Assembly: GCA_035400585.1 (NCBI GenBank)
Contig: DAOMZR010000003.1
Span: 1 to 34,101 of the forward strand
From: a bacterium
GTDB lineage: Bacteria; Patescibacteriota; Patescibacteriia; Patescibacteriales; UBA12465
Direction of reading: 5' to 3'
DNA length: 34,101 bases
Positions 7,282 to 13,478 of the stretch are shown piece by piece. Within the stretch, counting starts at the first letter, position 1. Each line of letters starts with the position of its first letter. The position numbers were made by a program, and so were the translations under genes. A model generated the notes under the pieces. It was not told the DNA's origin. It searched no databases and was given only the letters and a program-made list of their open reading frames with translations.

Positions 7282-8418
7282 ATGAAAGCTCATAATATGG
7301 AAAAATCTCAAGAGTTTTTGAAGGTGCGACTAAGGGTCGCTTGGATTGTGGTTACCTATGCTTGTAATAATAAATGTAATTTTTGTTACGCTCAAAGCAT
7401 GGTAAAAAAATTTATTGAAGGCGAAAGTTTACTACACATGCCTTTAAACTTTGCTTATCAGTTAGTTGATGAACTTAGAAAAATGGGTATTAAAAAGTTT
7501 CACTTAATAGGTGGCGAGCCAACGGTTTATCCTCATTTAATAGATTTAATCGAATATATTAAAATGGATAAAGGTTGTTATGTGGCCGTAGTTACCAATG
7601 GCAGGAAAATGGGTGATGAAAATTATTTACAGGAATTAATCAGAGCTGGCGTTGATAGTTTTCAAATTTCAATTCAAGGAGCTGACGCTGAAAGACATAA
7701 TATGGTAACTGGTAGTTGTAGCTTTGATATGTCTTATAAAGCTTTATTAAATCTAGCCCATCTCAAGTTTCCTAAATTTTTTTCAGCAATTACTGTCAGC
7801 AAGGACAATTACGATCAGGTTGAAGATTTTATTCGAACTATGAAGAGGGAAATTTTTGTTGGAAATCATTCCGGTAAAATTTTTATCAATTTTGCAACTC
7901 CGAGTATAAATTTTGATTCCCCAGGAGCTGTTAATGGTGATTATGCTTTAAATCCTAGGGAAGTTGCCGATTTTGTAGTTAAAATTGACTCACTCTTTCC
8001 CCATGACTTGTATCCAGAAATTGTTTTTTCAAGCCGAGTTCCTATATGTTTTTATCCTGATGATTTTTTGGATAAGCTAGTTAAAAATGAAAGATTGAGT
8101 AGTGGTTGTTCTTGTGGTGTCCACAAATCTGGAATTGTTTCCATCGATCCCCAGGGAGATGTTTTGCCCTGTACTAATTTTGCCGGAACAAAACTTTTTA
8201 ACTGTCGTGATTCAAATGGCGACTTTGACCGAGATTCTTTTATTAATGGAATAAATAATTATTTTCCTAAAATAAAAGAAATCACACACTCTTATCCATC
8301 AAAAAATTGTCGAGGATGCTCTAAATTTTATAAATGTTTTGGCGCCTGCTTATTTTGGTGGACCTATTTTAATCCTGATGAATATATAAAGCCGTTGCCA
8401 TATGATAAACTCTCTTGA
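7282..8418 (+). CDS. Radical SAM enzyme with complete C-terminal SPASM domain (peptide-modifying maturase type)
   Basis: CX3CX2C cluster motif CNNKCNFC near the N-terminus, with GGEPT downstream. The SPASM signature is complete: C-x13-G-x4-C (CGVHKSGIVSIDPQGDVLPC) and CX2CX5CX3C (CRGCSKFYKCFGAC). There is no N-terminal extension that could hold an RRE domain. Confidence 0.85.
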   Translation: MKAHNMEKSQEFLKVRLRVAWIVVTYACNNKCNFCYAQSMVKKFIEGESLLHMPLNFAYQLVDELRKMGIKKFHLIGGEPTVYPHLIDLIEYIKMDKGCYVAVVTNGRKMGDENYLQELIRAGVDSFQISIQGADAERHNMVTGSCSFDMSYKALLNLAHLKFPKFFSAITVSKDNYDQVEDFIRTMKREIFVGNHSGKIFINFATPSINFDSPGAVNGDYALNPREVADFVVKIDSLFPHDLYPEIVFSSRVPICFYPDDFLDKLVKNERLSSGCSCGVHKSGIVSIDPQGDVLPCTNFAGTKLFNCRDSNGDFDRDSFINGINNYFPKIKEITHSYPSKNCRGCSKFYKCFGACLFWWTYFNPDEYIKPLPYDKLS

Positions 8419-8573
8419 TTTTCTCTCTGAGAAATTGGGTAGTAGACAAAAAATGAATTCGATAGATCGAATCAAATTTGTCTTCTTCAAAAATGGTTTC
8501 AATAAAAAAGTGGTTATTTTATCTTTTTTAAAGAAGCACATGTTTTTCTTCCTATATTTATTAGCTCTCACTA

Positions 8574-8610
8574 CTTACCTATTGGTAAGGTTATTTTCTA
8601 ATTTTTAGTT
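8574..8610 (+). promoter_or_regulatory. Hairpin plus T-rich tract upstream of small ORF A (attenuator/terminator-like), copy 1
   Basis: CTTACC (8574-8579) / GGTAAG (8584-8589), loop TATT, then GTTATTTTCTAATTTTTAGTTTTTT. Copy 2 keeps the structure through two compensatory base-pair changes. Confidence 0.45.
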
Positions 8611-8634
8611 TTTTAAATTTTAAAATTTTCTATC

Positions 8635-8784
8635 ATGGATCCGGTTGTAGGCGGTTTAATTATCGGAGGCCTTATCGCTGTTATTCAAGAAATTAGAGGC
8701 AGCAATGATAAGGGGAGTGACAAAGACGATGATAAGAATAGTGATTATGACAATGGATGCAATTGCTCCGTTGACCAAAATTAA
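8635..8784 (+). CDS. Candidate precursor peptide A (49 aa), not in the ORF track
   Basis: Encodes MDPVVGGLIIGGLIAVIQEIRGSNDKGSDKDDDKNSDYDNGCNCSVDQN. A paralog lies 625 bp downstream. The two copies differ mostly by synonymous or conservative changes plus an in-frame 9-nt indel, which indicates a translated sequence. Confidence 0.6.
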   Translation: MDPVVGGLIIGGLIAVIQEIRGSNDKGSDKDDDKNSDYDNGCNCSVDQN

Positions 8785-8876
8785 CATTCTTATATTCTTT
8801 TCTTAAGCCTAAAACCAAAAAATACGTGAAGAAGAACAATTAACTATTATTAGCTTATGCTAATGCTAACCCTAAA

Positions 8877-8910
8877 CCCCCTGAGAATCTCAGGGGGTGT
8901 TATATTTATA
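8877..8910 (+). terminator. Hairpin/terminator after small ORF A
   Basis: Perfect 9-bp stem CCCCCTGAG (8877-8885) / CTCAGGGGG (8889-8897), loop AAT, followed by TGTTATATTTATA. It is preceded by a second conserved hairpin, ATTAGC-TTAT-GCTAAT. Both are conserved in copy 2. Confidence 0.5.
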
Positions 8911-8924
8911 TCCACCTTTTATCA

Positions 8925-8953
8925 TTGACATTTCTAATATAAAACGATAAAAT
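8925..8953 (+). promoter_or_regulatory. Sigma70 promoter P1 inside the repeat unit
   Basis: TTGACA (8925-8930), 17-nt spacer, TAAAAT (8948-8953). Duplicated at 9554-9582. Confidence 0.55.
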
Positions 8954-8965
8954 TTTTGCAAAGAT

Positions 8966-8996
8966 TTCATCACCCTTGTTCGTACAAGAAGATGAG
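8966..8996 (+). promoter_or_regulatory. 5' leader stem-loop just downstream of P1
   Basis: TTCATC (8966-8971) / GATGAG (8991-8996) plus inner CTTGT (8975-8979) / ACAAG (8984-8988). The equivalent position in copy 2 forms a perfect 10-bp stem of different sequence. Confidence 0.4.
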
Positions 8997-9206
8997 TTTT
9001 AAGCAACTTAAAATTTGAATAATAATTAAAATATTAATTATAAAAATAAAAAGTTTAAAGAGGCCGGATCTTAATTTAATTTCAGGTTTGCTTGAAATTT
9101 TAAGATAAAATCTCTCAGAAAGTAATGGCTTCAATGAAAAAGTGGTTGTTCTAAGTTTTTTTAAAGAAGCATGTGTTTTTCTTCCTATGTTTATCAACTC
9201 TCACTA

Positions 9207-9240
9207 CTTGCTATGAGCAAGGTTCTTTTCTAACTTTTAA
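9207..9240 (+). promoter_or_regulatory. Hairpin plus T-rich tract upstream of small ORF B, copy 2
   Basis: CTTGCT (9207-9212) / AGCAAG (9216-9221), loop ATG, then GTTCTTTTCTAACTTTT. It covaries with copy 1. Confidence 0.45.
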
Positions 9241-9259
9241 ATTTTAATGTTTTCTTACC

Positions 9260-9400
9260 ATGGATCCACTAATCGGTTGCCTCATTATTGGGGGAATTAT
9301 CGGCATCATCCAGGAGGTCAGTGGCAGCAGCGACAAAGGGAAGGATGACGATGACAAGGATTATGACAATGGATGCAATTGTTCCATTGATCAAAATTAG
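9260..9400 (+). CDS. Candidate precursor peptide B (46 aa), not in the ORF track
   Basis: Encodes MDPLIGCLIIGGIIGIIQEVSGSSDKGKDDDDKDYDNGCNCSIDQN. The C-terminal 13 residues DYDNGCNCS(V/I)DQN match peptide A except for one V/I change. Confidence 0.6.
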   Translation: MDPLIGCLIIGGIIGIIQEVSGSSDKGKDDDDKDYDNGCNCSIDQN

Positions 9401-9506
9401 TGTTTTTATTTTTTTGTAAATCAAAAAAGTGGAGGGCTTTAAGTCTAAACAAATTGGAAAAAGAGAACATTAACTATGATTAGCTTATGCTAATACAAAC
9501 CCTAAT

Positions 9507-9540
9507 CCCCCTGAGGTTCTCAGGGGGATTATATTTATAT
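9507..9540 (+). terminator. Hairpin/terminator after small ORF B
   Basis: CCCCCTGAG (9507-9515) / CTCAGGGGG (9519-9527), loop GTT, followed by ATTATATTTATAT. Confidence 0.5.
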
Positions 9541-9553
9541 CCACCTTTTATCA

Positions 9554-9582
9554 TTGACATTTTTAATATAAAATGATAATAT
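9554..9582 (+). promoter_or_regulatory. Sigma70 promoter P2 (duplicate of P1), drives the 519/552-aa gene
   Basis: TTGACA (9554-9559), 17-nt spacer, TAATAT (9577-9582). Confidence 0.55.
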
Positions 9583-9594
9583 TTTCGGAAAGAT

Positions 9595-9625
9595 TTCATT
9601 ACTTTTAATAATATTAAGTAATGAA
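9595..9625 (+). promoter_or_regulatory. 5' leader stem-loop just downstream of P2
   Basis: Perfect 10-bp stem TTCATTACTT (9595-9604) / AAGTAATGAA (9616-9625). Confidence 0.45.
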
Positions 9626-9770
9626 GTTTAAGTAACTTAAAATCTGAATAATAACTAAAAAAATAATAATCATGAGAACAAAAAGTTTAAAGAGCCTAGG
9701 TCTTAACTTAAGTTTAAGCGCGCTCAGAATATTGAGAGGCATATCTGCCCAAAAAGTGGTTATAGTTGAA

Positions 9771-11330
9771 ATGAACTTTTTTTATAGGTTCTTAAATTTT
9801 TTCGGTTTCCTTTATTTAAGTTTAGAGGAATTTAGCAAACTATATTTTTATTTACCCGTTGAACGTTTTTCTGAAATTAGCACCGAGTTAAAAAAAATTG
9901 CTGATGATTTTATTTCTTGGAAAAGATTTTTTGAACTGAATCGTTATTCTGCCAAAACACTCAAAGATATGGCCCTAAATGAAATGAGTAAATTGGCGAA
10001 AACTTTTCAGCAGGCTAACGATGGTTTTAGATTGTCGTTTGGCAATATTGTTATGGAGGAGAAATTTTTAGAAATAATGGAATTACACGCTGTTTCTTTT
10101 GAAGAAAAAATGATCCTTGTTAAATGTAGAAATCCAATTAATGAAGAAAGATTAGATGAACTTTTGCCAATGATAAAAACTTTTTTAAGCGCTGAACAAT
10201 TTGTTAGTATTGTTGGTGTTAGCCAAAAATATAAAAACAAAGGCCTTAAAAAAATGCTTAGCCTAGCCAGCTCTTACAGGGAGCTGATTAGAACCCATCG
10301 TAGAGTTAAACCAGGATCCCCCTTGCGTCGCTTAATAGTAAGTGAGGTTGAGAAATATGAAATGTTGCAAGAAGAGCTGCTACAATCCTATTACGAAGAA
10401 AAGAATTGGAGCAGGCTTAAAAGAATGTTGTATGGAAAGATAGAAAAATTAGTCTTAGGTATCGAGGATTGGATTGAAATTTTACTCAAATACGGCGATG
10501 ATAAAAAATTAAAGAATCTGGCCATGAGTAAAATGCGTCAATTGGGATTGGGTTTTGATCAGCTCAATAACACCTTAGCTCGCGCCAAAGATCCTGAAGT
10601 TAAAGAGGTTATTTTGGAAGAAATGCTTTCTCTGGCTGAGGGAATTTTTGACAGATTAACTATTGTTGCCATTAAATCCGATGAATTTCCTCAAATATTT
10701 GGCAAAGCCTTTTTGTCGTTGGTGGATATCGTGCAAACGCTGGAGGAGTCAAAAAGGATTTGTGAAATTTTAACAACTTCCAAGAATAAAAATAATTCTG
10801 ATTTTATATCAAGAATTTTAAAACTCGATGTTGATTTTTCTATTTTGGAAAAGTTGTTTGTGAAATCATCCAAAGAGGGAAAAGAATTATTAATCCCCAC
10901 ATTATATATTCTGGCCAAAGGAAATTTTGATAATTTATCAAAAACATTTGATCATAGTTTGGCTCTGGAAAACAAGGACAGAAAAAAAATTCAAACCAAA
11001 TGCCTAAGGGATGTGTTTTCTCTAGAAAAAGAAAGCAACGATTTGGGCAAATTGATTAGAGTTTATAATATGGCTTTAATCATCGGCGATTTTCAGATAT
11101 CAGAAAAAATTGTAAATACAATCAGTAAACTAGAATTTGATTTTAAAACACTATTAACAGCCTATGAGAATTTAGAGAAATTAAGAATTACTAATAATGG
11201 TTTAGCTAAGTTCTTGCAAACAGAAATGATTAGCAAAGCTCAAACCGAAGAAGAGAAAAGACAGGCGTTTATTAAAGCGCCAATCCAAATACAAAATATT
11301 GCCCTCACCAATTTGTTGGGAGCGGCCTAA
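9771..11330 (+). CDS. All-helical orphan protein (519 aa from ATG 9771; ORF track start 9672 probably too early)
   Basis: Long ORF rich in L/E/K with repeated helix-like segments and no recognised motif. Nucleotides 9680-9765 are homologous to non-coding repeat DNA at 9048-9135, where the same frame has stops. This favours the in-frame ATG at 9771 (MNFFYRF...). Confidence 0.7.
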   Translation: MNFFYRFLNFFGFLYLSLEEFSKLYFYLPVERFSEISTELKKIADDFISWKRFFELNRYSAKTLKDMALNEMSKLAKTFQQANDGFRLSFGNIVMEEKFLEIMELHAVSFEEKMILVKCRNPINEERLDELLPMIKTFLSAEQFVSIVGVSQKYKNKGLKKMLSLASSYRELIRTHRRVKPGSPLRRLIVSEVEKYEMLQEELLQSYYEEKNWSRLKRMLYGKIEKLVLGIEDWIEILLKYGDDKKLKNLAMSKMRQLGLGFDQLNNTLARAKDPEVKEVILEEMLSLAEGIFDRLTIVAIKSDEFPQIFGKAFLSLVDIVQTLEESKRICEILTTSKNKNNSDFISRILKLDVDFSILEKLFVKSSKEGKELLIPTLYILAKGNFDNLSKTFDHSLALENKDRKKIQTKCLRDVFSLEKESNDLGKLIRVYNMALIIGDFQISEKIVNTISKLEFDFKTLLTAYENLEKLRITNNGLAKFLQTEMISKAQTEEEKRQAFIKAPIQIQNIALTNLLGAA

Positions 11331-11355
11331 AGAAGCGTTCTTTGAATTATATTTC

Positions 11356-11388
11356 AACCCACTAAAGTATTTAGTGGGTTTTTTTATT
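11356..11388 (+). terminator. Rho-independent terminator
   Basis: Perfect 11-bp stem AACCCACTAAA (11356-11366) / TTTAGTGGGTT (11370-11380), loop GTA, then TTTTTATTATTT. Confidence 0.8.
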
Positions 11389-11475
11389 ATTTACACCCCT
11401 TATTGCTTAATTTTAAAGCCAATGGTACTATTGTAATATGATTATTTATAGGACTTGCATCTTTCGTCATGTTAA

Positions 11476-11502
11476 AAGTGACCAGCAGACGCCGGGTCAC
11501 TT
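11476..11502 (+). promoter_or_regulatory. GC-rich hairpin in the helicase leader or extreme 5' coding region
   Basis: AAGTGACC (11476-11483) / GGTCACTT (11495-11502) with an 11-nt GC-rich loop. It sits between the two candidate ATG starts (11469 and 11508). Confidence 0.4.
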
Positions 11503-11507
11503 ATTTT

Positions 11508-13469
11508 ATGTTAAACAATAAAGAAAAACATTTGAAATTTGGGGATTTAGCAATAAAACCCGCTATTTTAACTACTTTGGAGAAAAATGGCTTAATAGAG
11601 CCGACACCTATTCAATCCAAGGCTATTCCTGTTGCTATTTCTGGCAAAGATTTGATAGGTATTGCTCAAACAGGAACGGGAAAGACTTTGGCTTTTGGTA
11701 TACCACTAGTCCAAAGATTGCTTCAAGATAAATCTAGAGCTTTAGTTCTTTTACCAACCAGAGAATTGGCTGTTCAAGTTGAGGAAAGTTTAAGAAAAAT
11801 ATCATTAAATTCTGGATTAAGAACAATATCTTTGATTGGTGGAGAAGCTATTAATCGTCAAATATATGGTTTGAAATATAATCCCAGAATTATGATTGCT
11901 ACTCCTGGTAGATTGTTGGATCATTATAAGAGAAAAACAATTAATTTAGAAAATATTTCAGTTTTAGTCTTGGACGAAGCCGATATGATGTTTGATTTAG
12001 GATTTGCCCCTCAAATTGAAGAGATTATTCAGCTGACACCGATCAATAGACAAACTCTTCTTTTTTCAGCCACTATGCCAGCTCCAATTATTAAATTAGC
12101 TGAAAAATATTTAAAATCACCACTTCAAATAGAGGTGGCTCCAGCCGGTACCACAGCTGAACTAGTTGATCAAGAAATTTATCTAGTTCATCGAGAGGAG
12201 CGTTTGGAAACTTTAAAAAAAATATTGCTTGATTATAAAAATTTAGTTTTAATTTTTGTTAGAACAAAACATGGAGCGACTAATTTAACTGAAAAACTTA
12301 AAACTGACGGTCATCAAGTAAGTGAAATTCATTCCAATTTATCCTTTGGTCAGCGTAAAATGGCCTTAGCTTCTTTTAAAAATGGAACCAAGAGAATATT
12401 AGTAGCTACCGATGTGGCGGCTCGTGGACTAGATATTAAAGATATAGAGTTGGTTCTTAATTTTGATTTGCCAGATAACTCAGAAGATTATGTTCATCGT
12501 ATAGGTAGAACAGCTAGAGCAGGTAAAGGGGGAAAAGCTATTTCTTTTGCCCTTCCTCATCAACGCAGAGAAATACAAAGAATAGAACGTTTAATCAGAA
12601 AAAATTTACCATTATTGAAGATTGGATCTTTGAAGGCTGAGCCAGAAAGAAGAACAAGAACTAAAGAAACAGCTAGTTCTTACAGTAAATTTGGCAAAAA
12701 TAATTTCGCTAAGTCAAGAGATTTTAACAGAAACAATCAATCAGGTTTTAGTCGTTCAAGATTTTCTGAAAACAAAAAATTTGAACAAAAAAAGTTTGTA
12801 AGATCGGAAAATCCAGCATCTTTTAATGACAGAAAGAATGAAGACAGAAAATATGGTAAAGATGAAAAATATAAAAAAGAAGGAGGGTATAGTTTTGGTG
12901 AAAGATATAATAAAGACAAGAAGTATGATAGAGACGAGAAATATGATAGAGACAAAAAATATGACAGGGGAGAAAAATATGATAAAAATAAAAAGTATGA
13001 CAGAAATGAAAGGTATAACAAAGATAAAAAGTATGGTAAAGATGAAAAATATGGTAAAAACAAATTTTCAAGATTAGAAAATTTTAGCAAGAATGATTTC
13101 AGAGGAATAAGTGAGCAAAAATTTTTTGGAGGCAGAAAAAGCGATACAAGCAGAAACGAAGGCTCTTTTAAGGGTGGAAAATTTTCAAAACCCAGAACAA
13201 GCAATTCTTCTTTTTATGGAAATAAATATGAAAATAAAAAAGCAGATAATGCTTTTTCATCTCCTAGATCAGAAAAAAAGAGTAGTTTTTCTAAATTTAA
13301 GGGTCCAGAGAAAAATGATTATTCTAAATTTAAACCATCTAAATTAAAATCTTCAGAAAATTCTTCTCGCTCTAAAAATAAAAGAGGAGAGATGAGCAGG
13401 GTAAGCTTTTCTAAAAAATTTACAAAAAAAGACAGCTCTCGAAGATTTAAAACAAATAAAAAATATTAA
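11508..13469 (+). CDS. DEAD-box ATP-dependent RNA helicase with a long basic low-complexity C-terminal tail (alternative start 11469)
   Basis: All core motifs are present: Q motif (FGDL...PTPIQ), AQTGTGKT, PTRELA, TPGR, DEAD, SAT, ARGLD and HRIGRTARAG. The last ~270 aa are K/R/D/N/Y/S-rich. Confidence 0.9.
   Translation: MLNNKEKHLKFGDLAIKPAILTTLEKNGLIEPTPIQSKAIPVAISGKDLIGIAQTGTGKTLAFGIPLVQRLLQDKSRALVLLPTRELAVQVEESLRKISLNSGLRTISLIGGEAINRQIYGLKYNPRIMIATPGRLLDHYKRKTINLENISVLVLDEADMMFDLGFAPQIEEIIQLTPINRQTLLFSATMPAPIIKLAEKYLKSPLQIEVAPAGTTAELVDQEIYLVHREERLETLKKILLDYKNLVLIFVRTKHGATNLTEKLKTDGHQVSEIHSNLSFGQRKMALASFKNGTKRILVATDVAARGLDIKDIELVLNFDLPDNSEDYVHRIGRTARAGKGGKAISFALPHQRREIQRIERLIRKNLPLLKIGSLKAEPERRTRTKETASSYSKFGKNNFAKSRDFNRNNQSGFSRSRFSENKKFEQKKFVRSENPASFNDRKNEDRKYGKDEKYKKEGGYSFGERYNKDKKYDRDEKYDRDKKYDRGEKYDKNKKYDRNERYNKDKKYGKDEKYGKNKFSRLENFSKNDFRGISEQKFFGGRKSDTSRNEGSFKGGKFSKPRTSNSSFYGNKYENKKADNAFSSPRSEKKSSFSKFKGPEKNDYSKFKPSKLKSSENSSRSKNKRGEMSRVSFSKKFTKKDSSRRFKTNKKY
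12849..13065 (+). repeat. In-frame 18-nt (hexapeptide) tandem repeats, consensus K-Y-D/G-R/K-D/N-E/K, about 10-12 units
   Basis: Reads KYGKDE KYKKEG ... KYDRDE KYDRDK KYDRGE KYDKNK KYDRNE RYNKDK KYGKDE KYGKNK. The nucleotide units AAATATGATAGAGACNNN are visibly reiterated. Confidence 0.7.
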
Positions 13470-13478
13470 TTTTATTAT

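Larger units (their letters stand above)
8495..9765 (+). repeat. Tandem duplication, ~630-bp period, about two copies (8495-9126 and 9127-9765)
   Basis: Hand alignment gives offsets of 632 (GG(T/C)TTCAAT at 8495/9127), 625 (ATGGATCC at 8635/9260), 630 (CCCCCTGAG at 8877/9507), 629 (TTGACA at 8925/9554) and 632 (AAAAAGTTTAAAGAG at 9048/9680). A third partial AAAAAGTGGTT motif sits at 9751. Confidence 0.8.

Noticed and set aside
8350-9197. Track ORFs inside the tandem repeat: 8402-8608 (+, 68 aa), 8350-8571 (-, 73 aa) and 8970-9197 (-, 75 aa)
   Set aside because: Their frames are not preserved between the two repeat copies. The plus-frame equivalent in copy 2 has no start codon and is cut by TAA/TGA, and the minus-frame ORFs differ in extent. 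They are Phe/Leu/Lys-rich translations of AT-rich leader DNA and overlap promoters and hairpins. The real conserved coding signal in the repeat is the 46-49 aa MDP... ORF.
8495-9765. The repeat region as a CRISPR array or mobile element
   Set aside because: The units are ~630 bp with internal genes and promoters, not 25-40 bp repeats alternating with unique spacers. No transposase, integrase or terminal inverted repeats are present.
9672-9770. 33-codon N-terminal extension of the 552-aa ORF
   Set aside because: This DNA is homologous to non-coding repeat sequence at 9048-9135, which contains stops in the same frame. The ATG at 9771 is preferred.
12737-13347. Four overlapping ORFs on both strands within the helicase tail (12737-13204 -, 12823-13071 -, 12826-13077 +, 13111-13347 +)
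   Set aside because: They are alternative-frame or antisense readings of the AAA/GAT/TAT-rich hexapeptide repeat. Their sequences are degenerate low-complexity repeats (SLSYF..., HIFH..., KNM...) fully nested in a helicase ORF that continues in frame to 13469.
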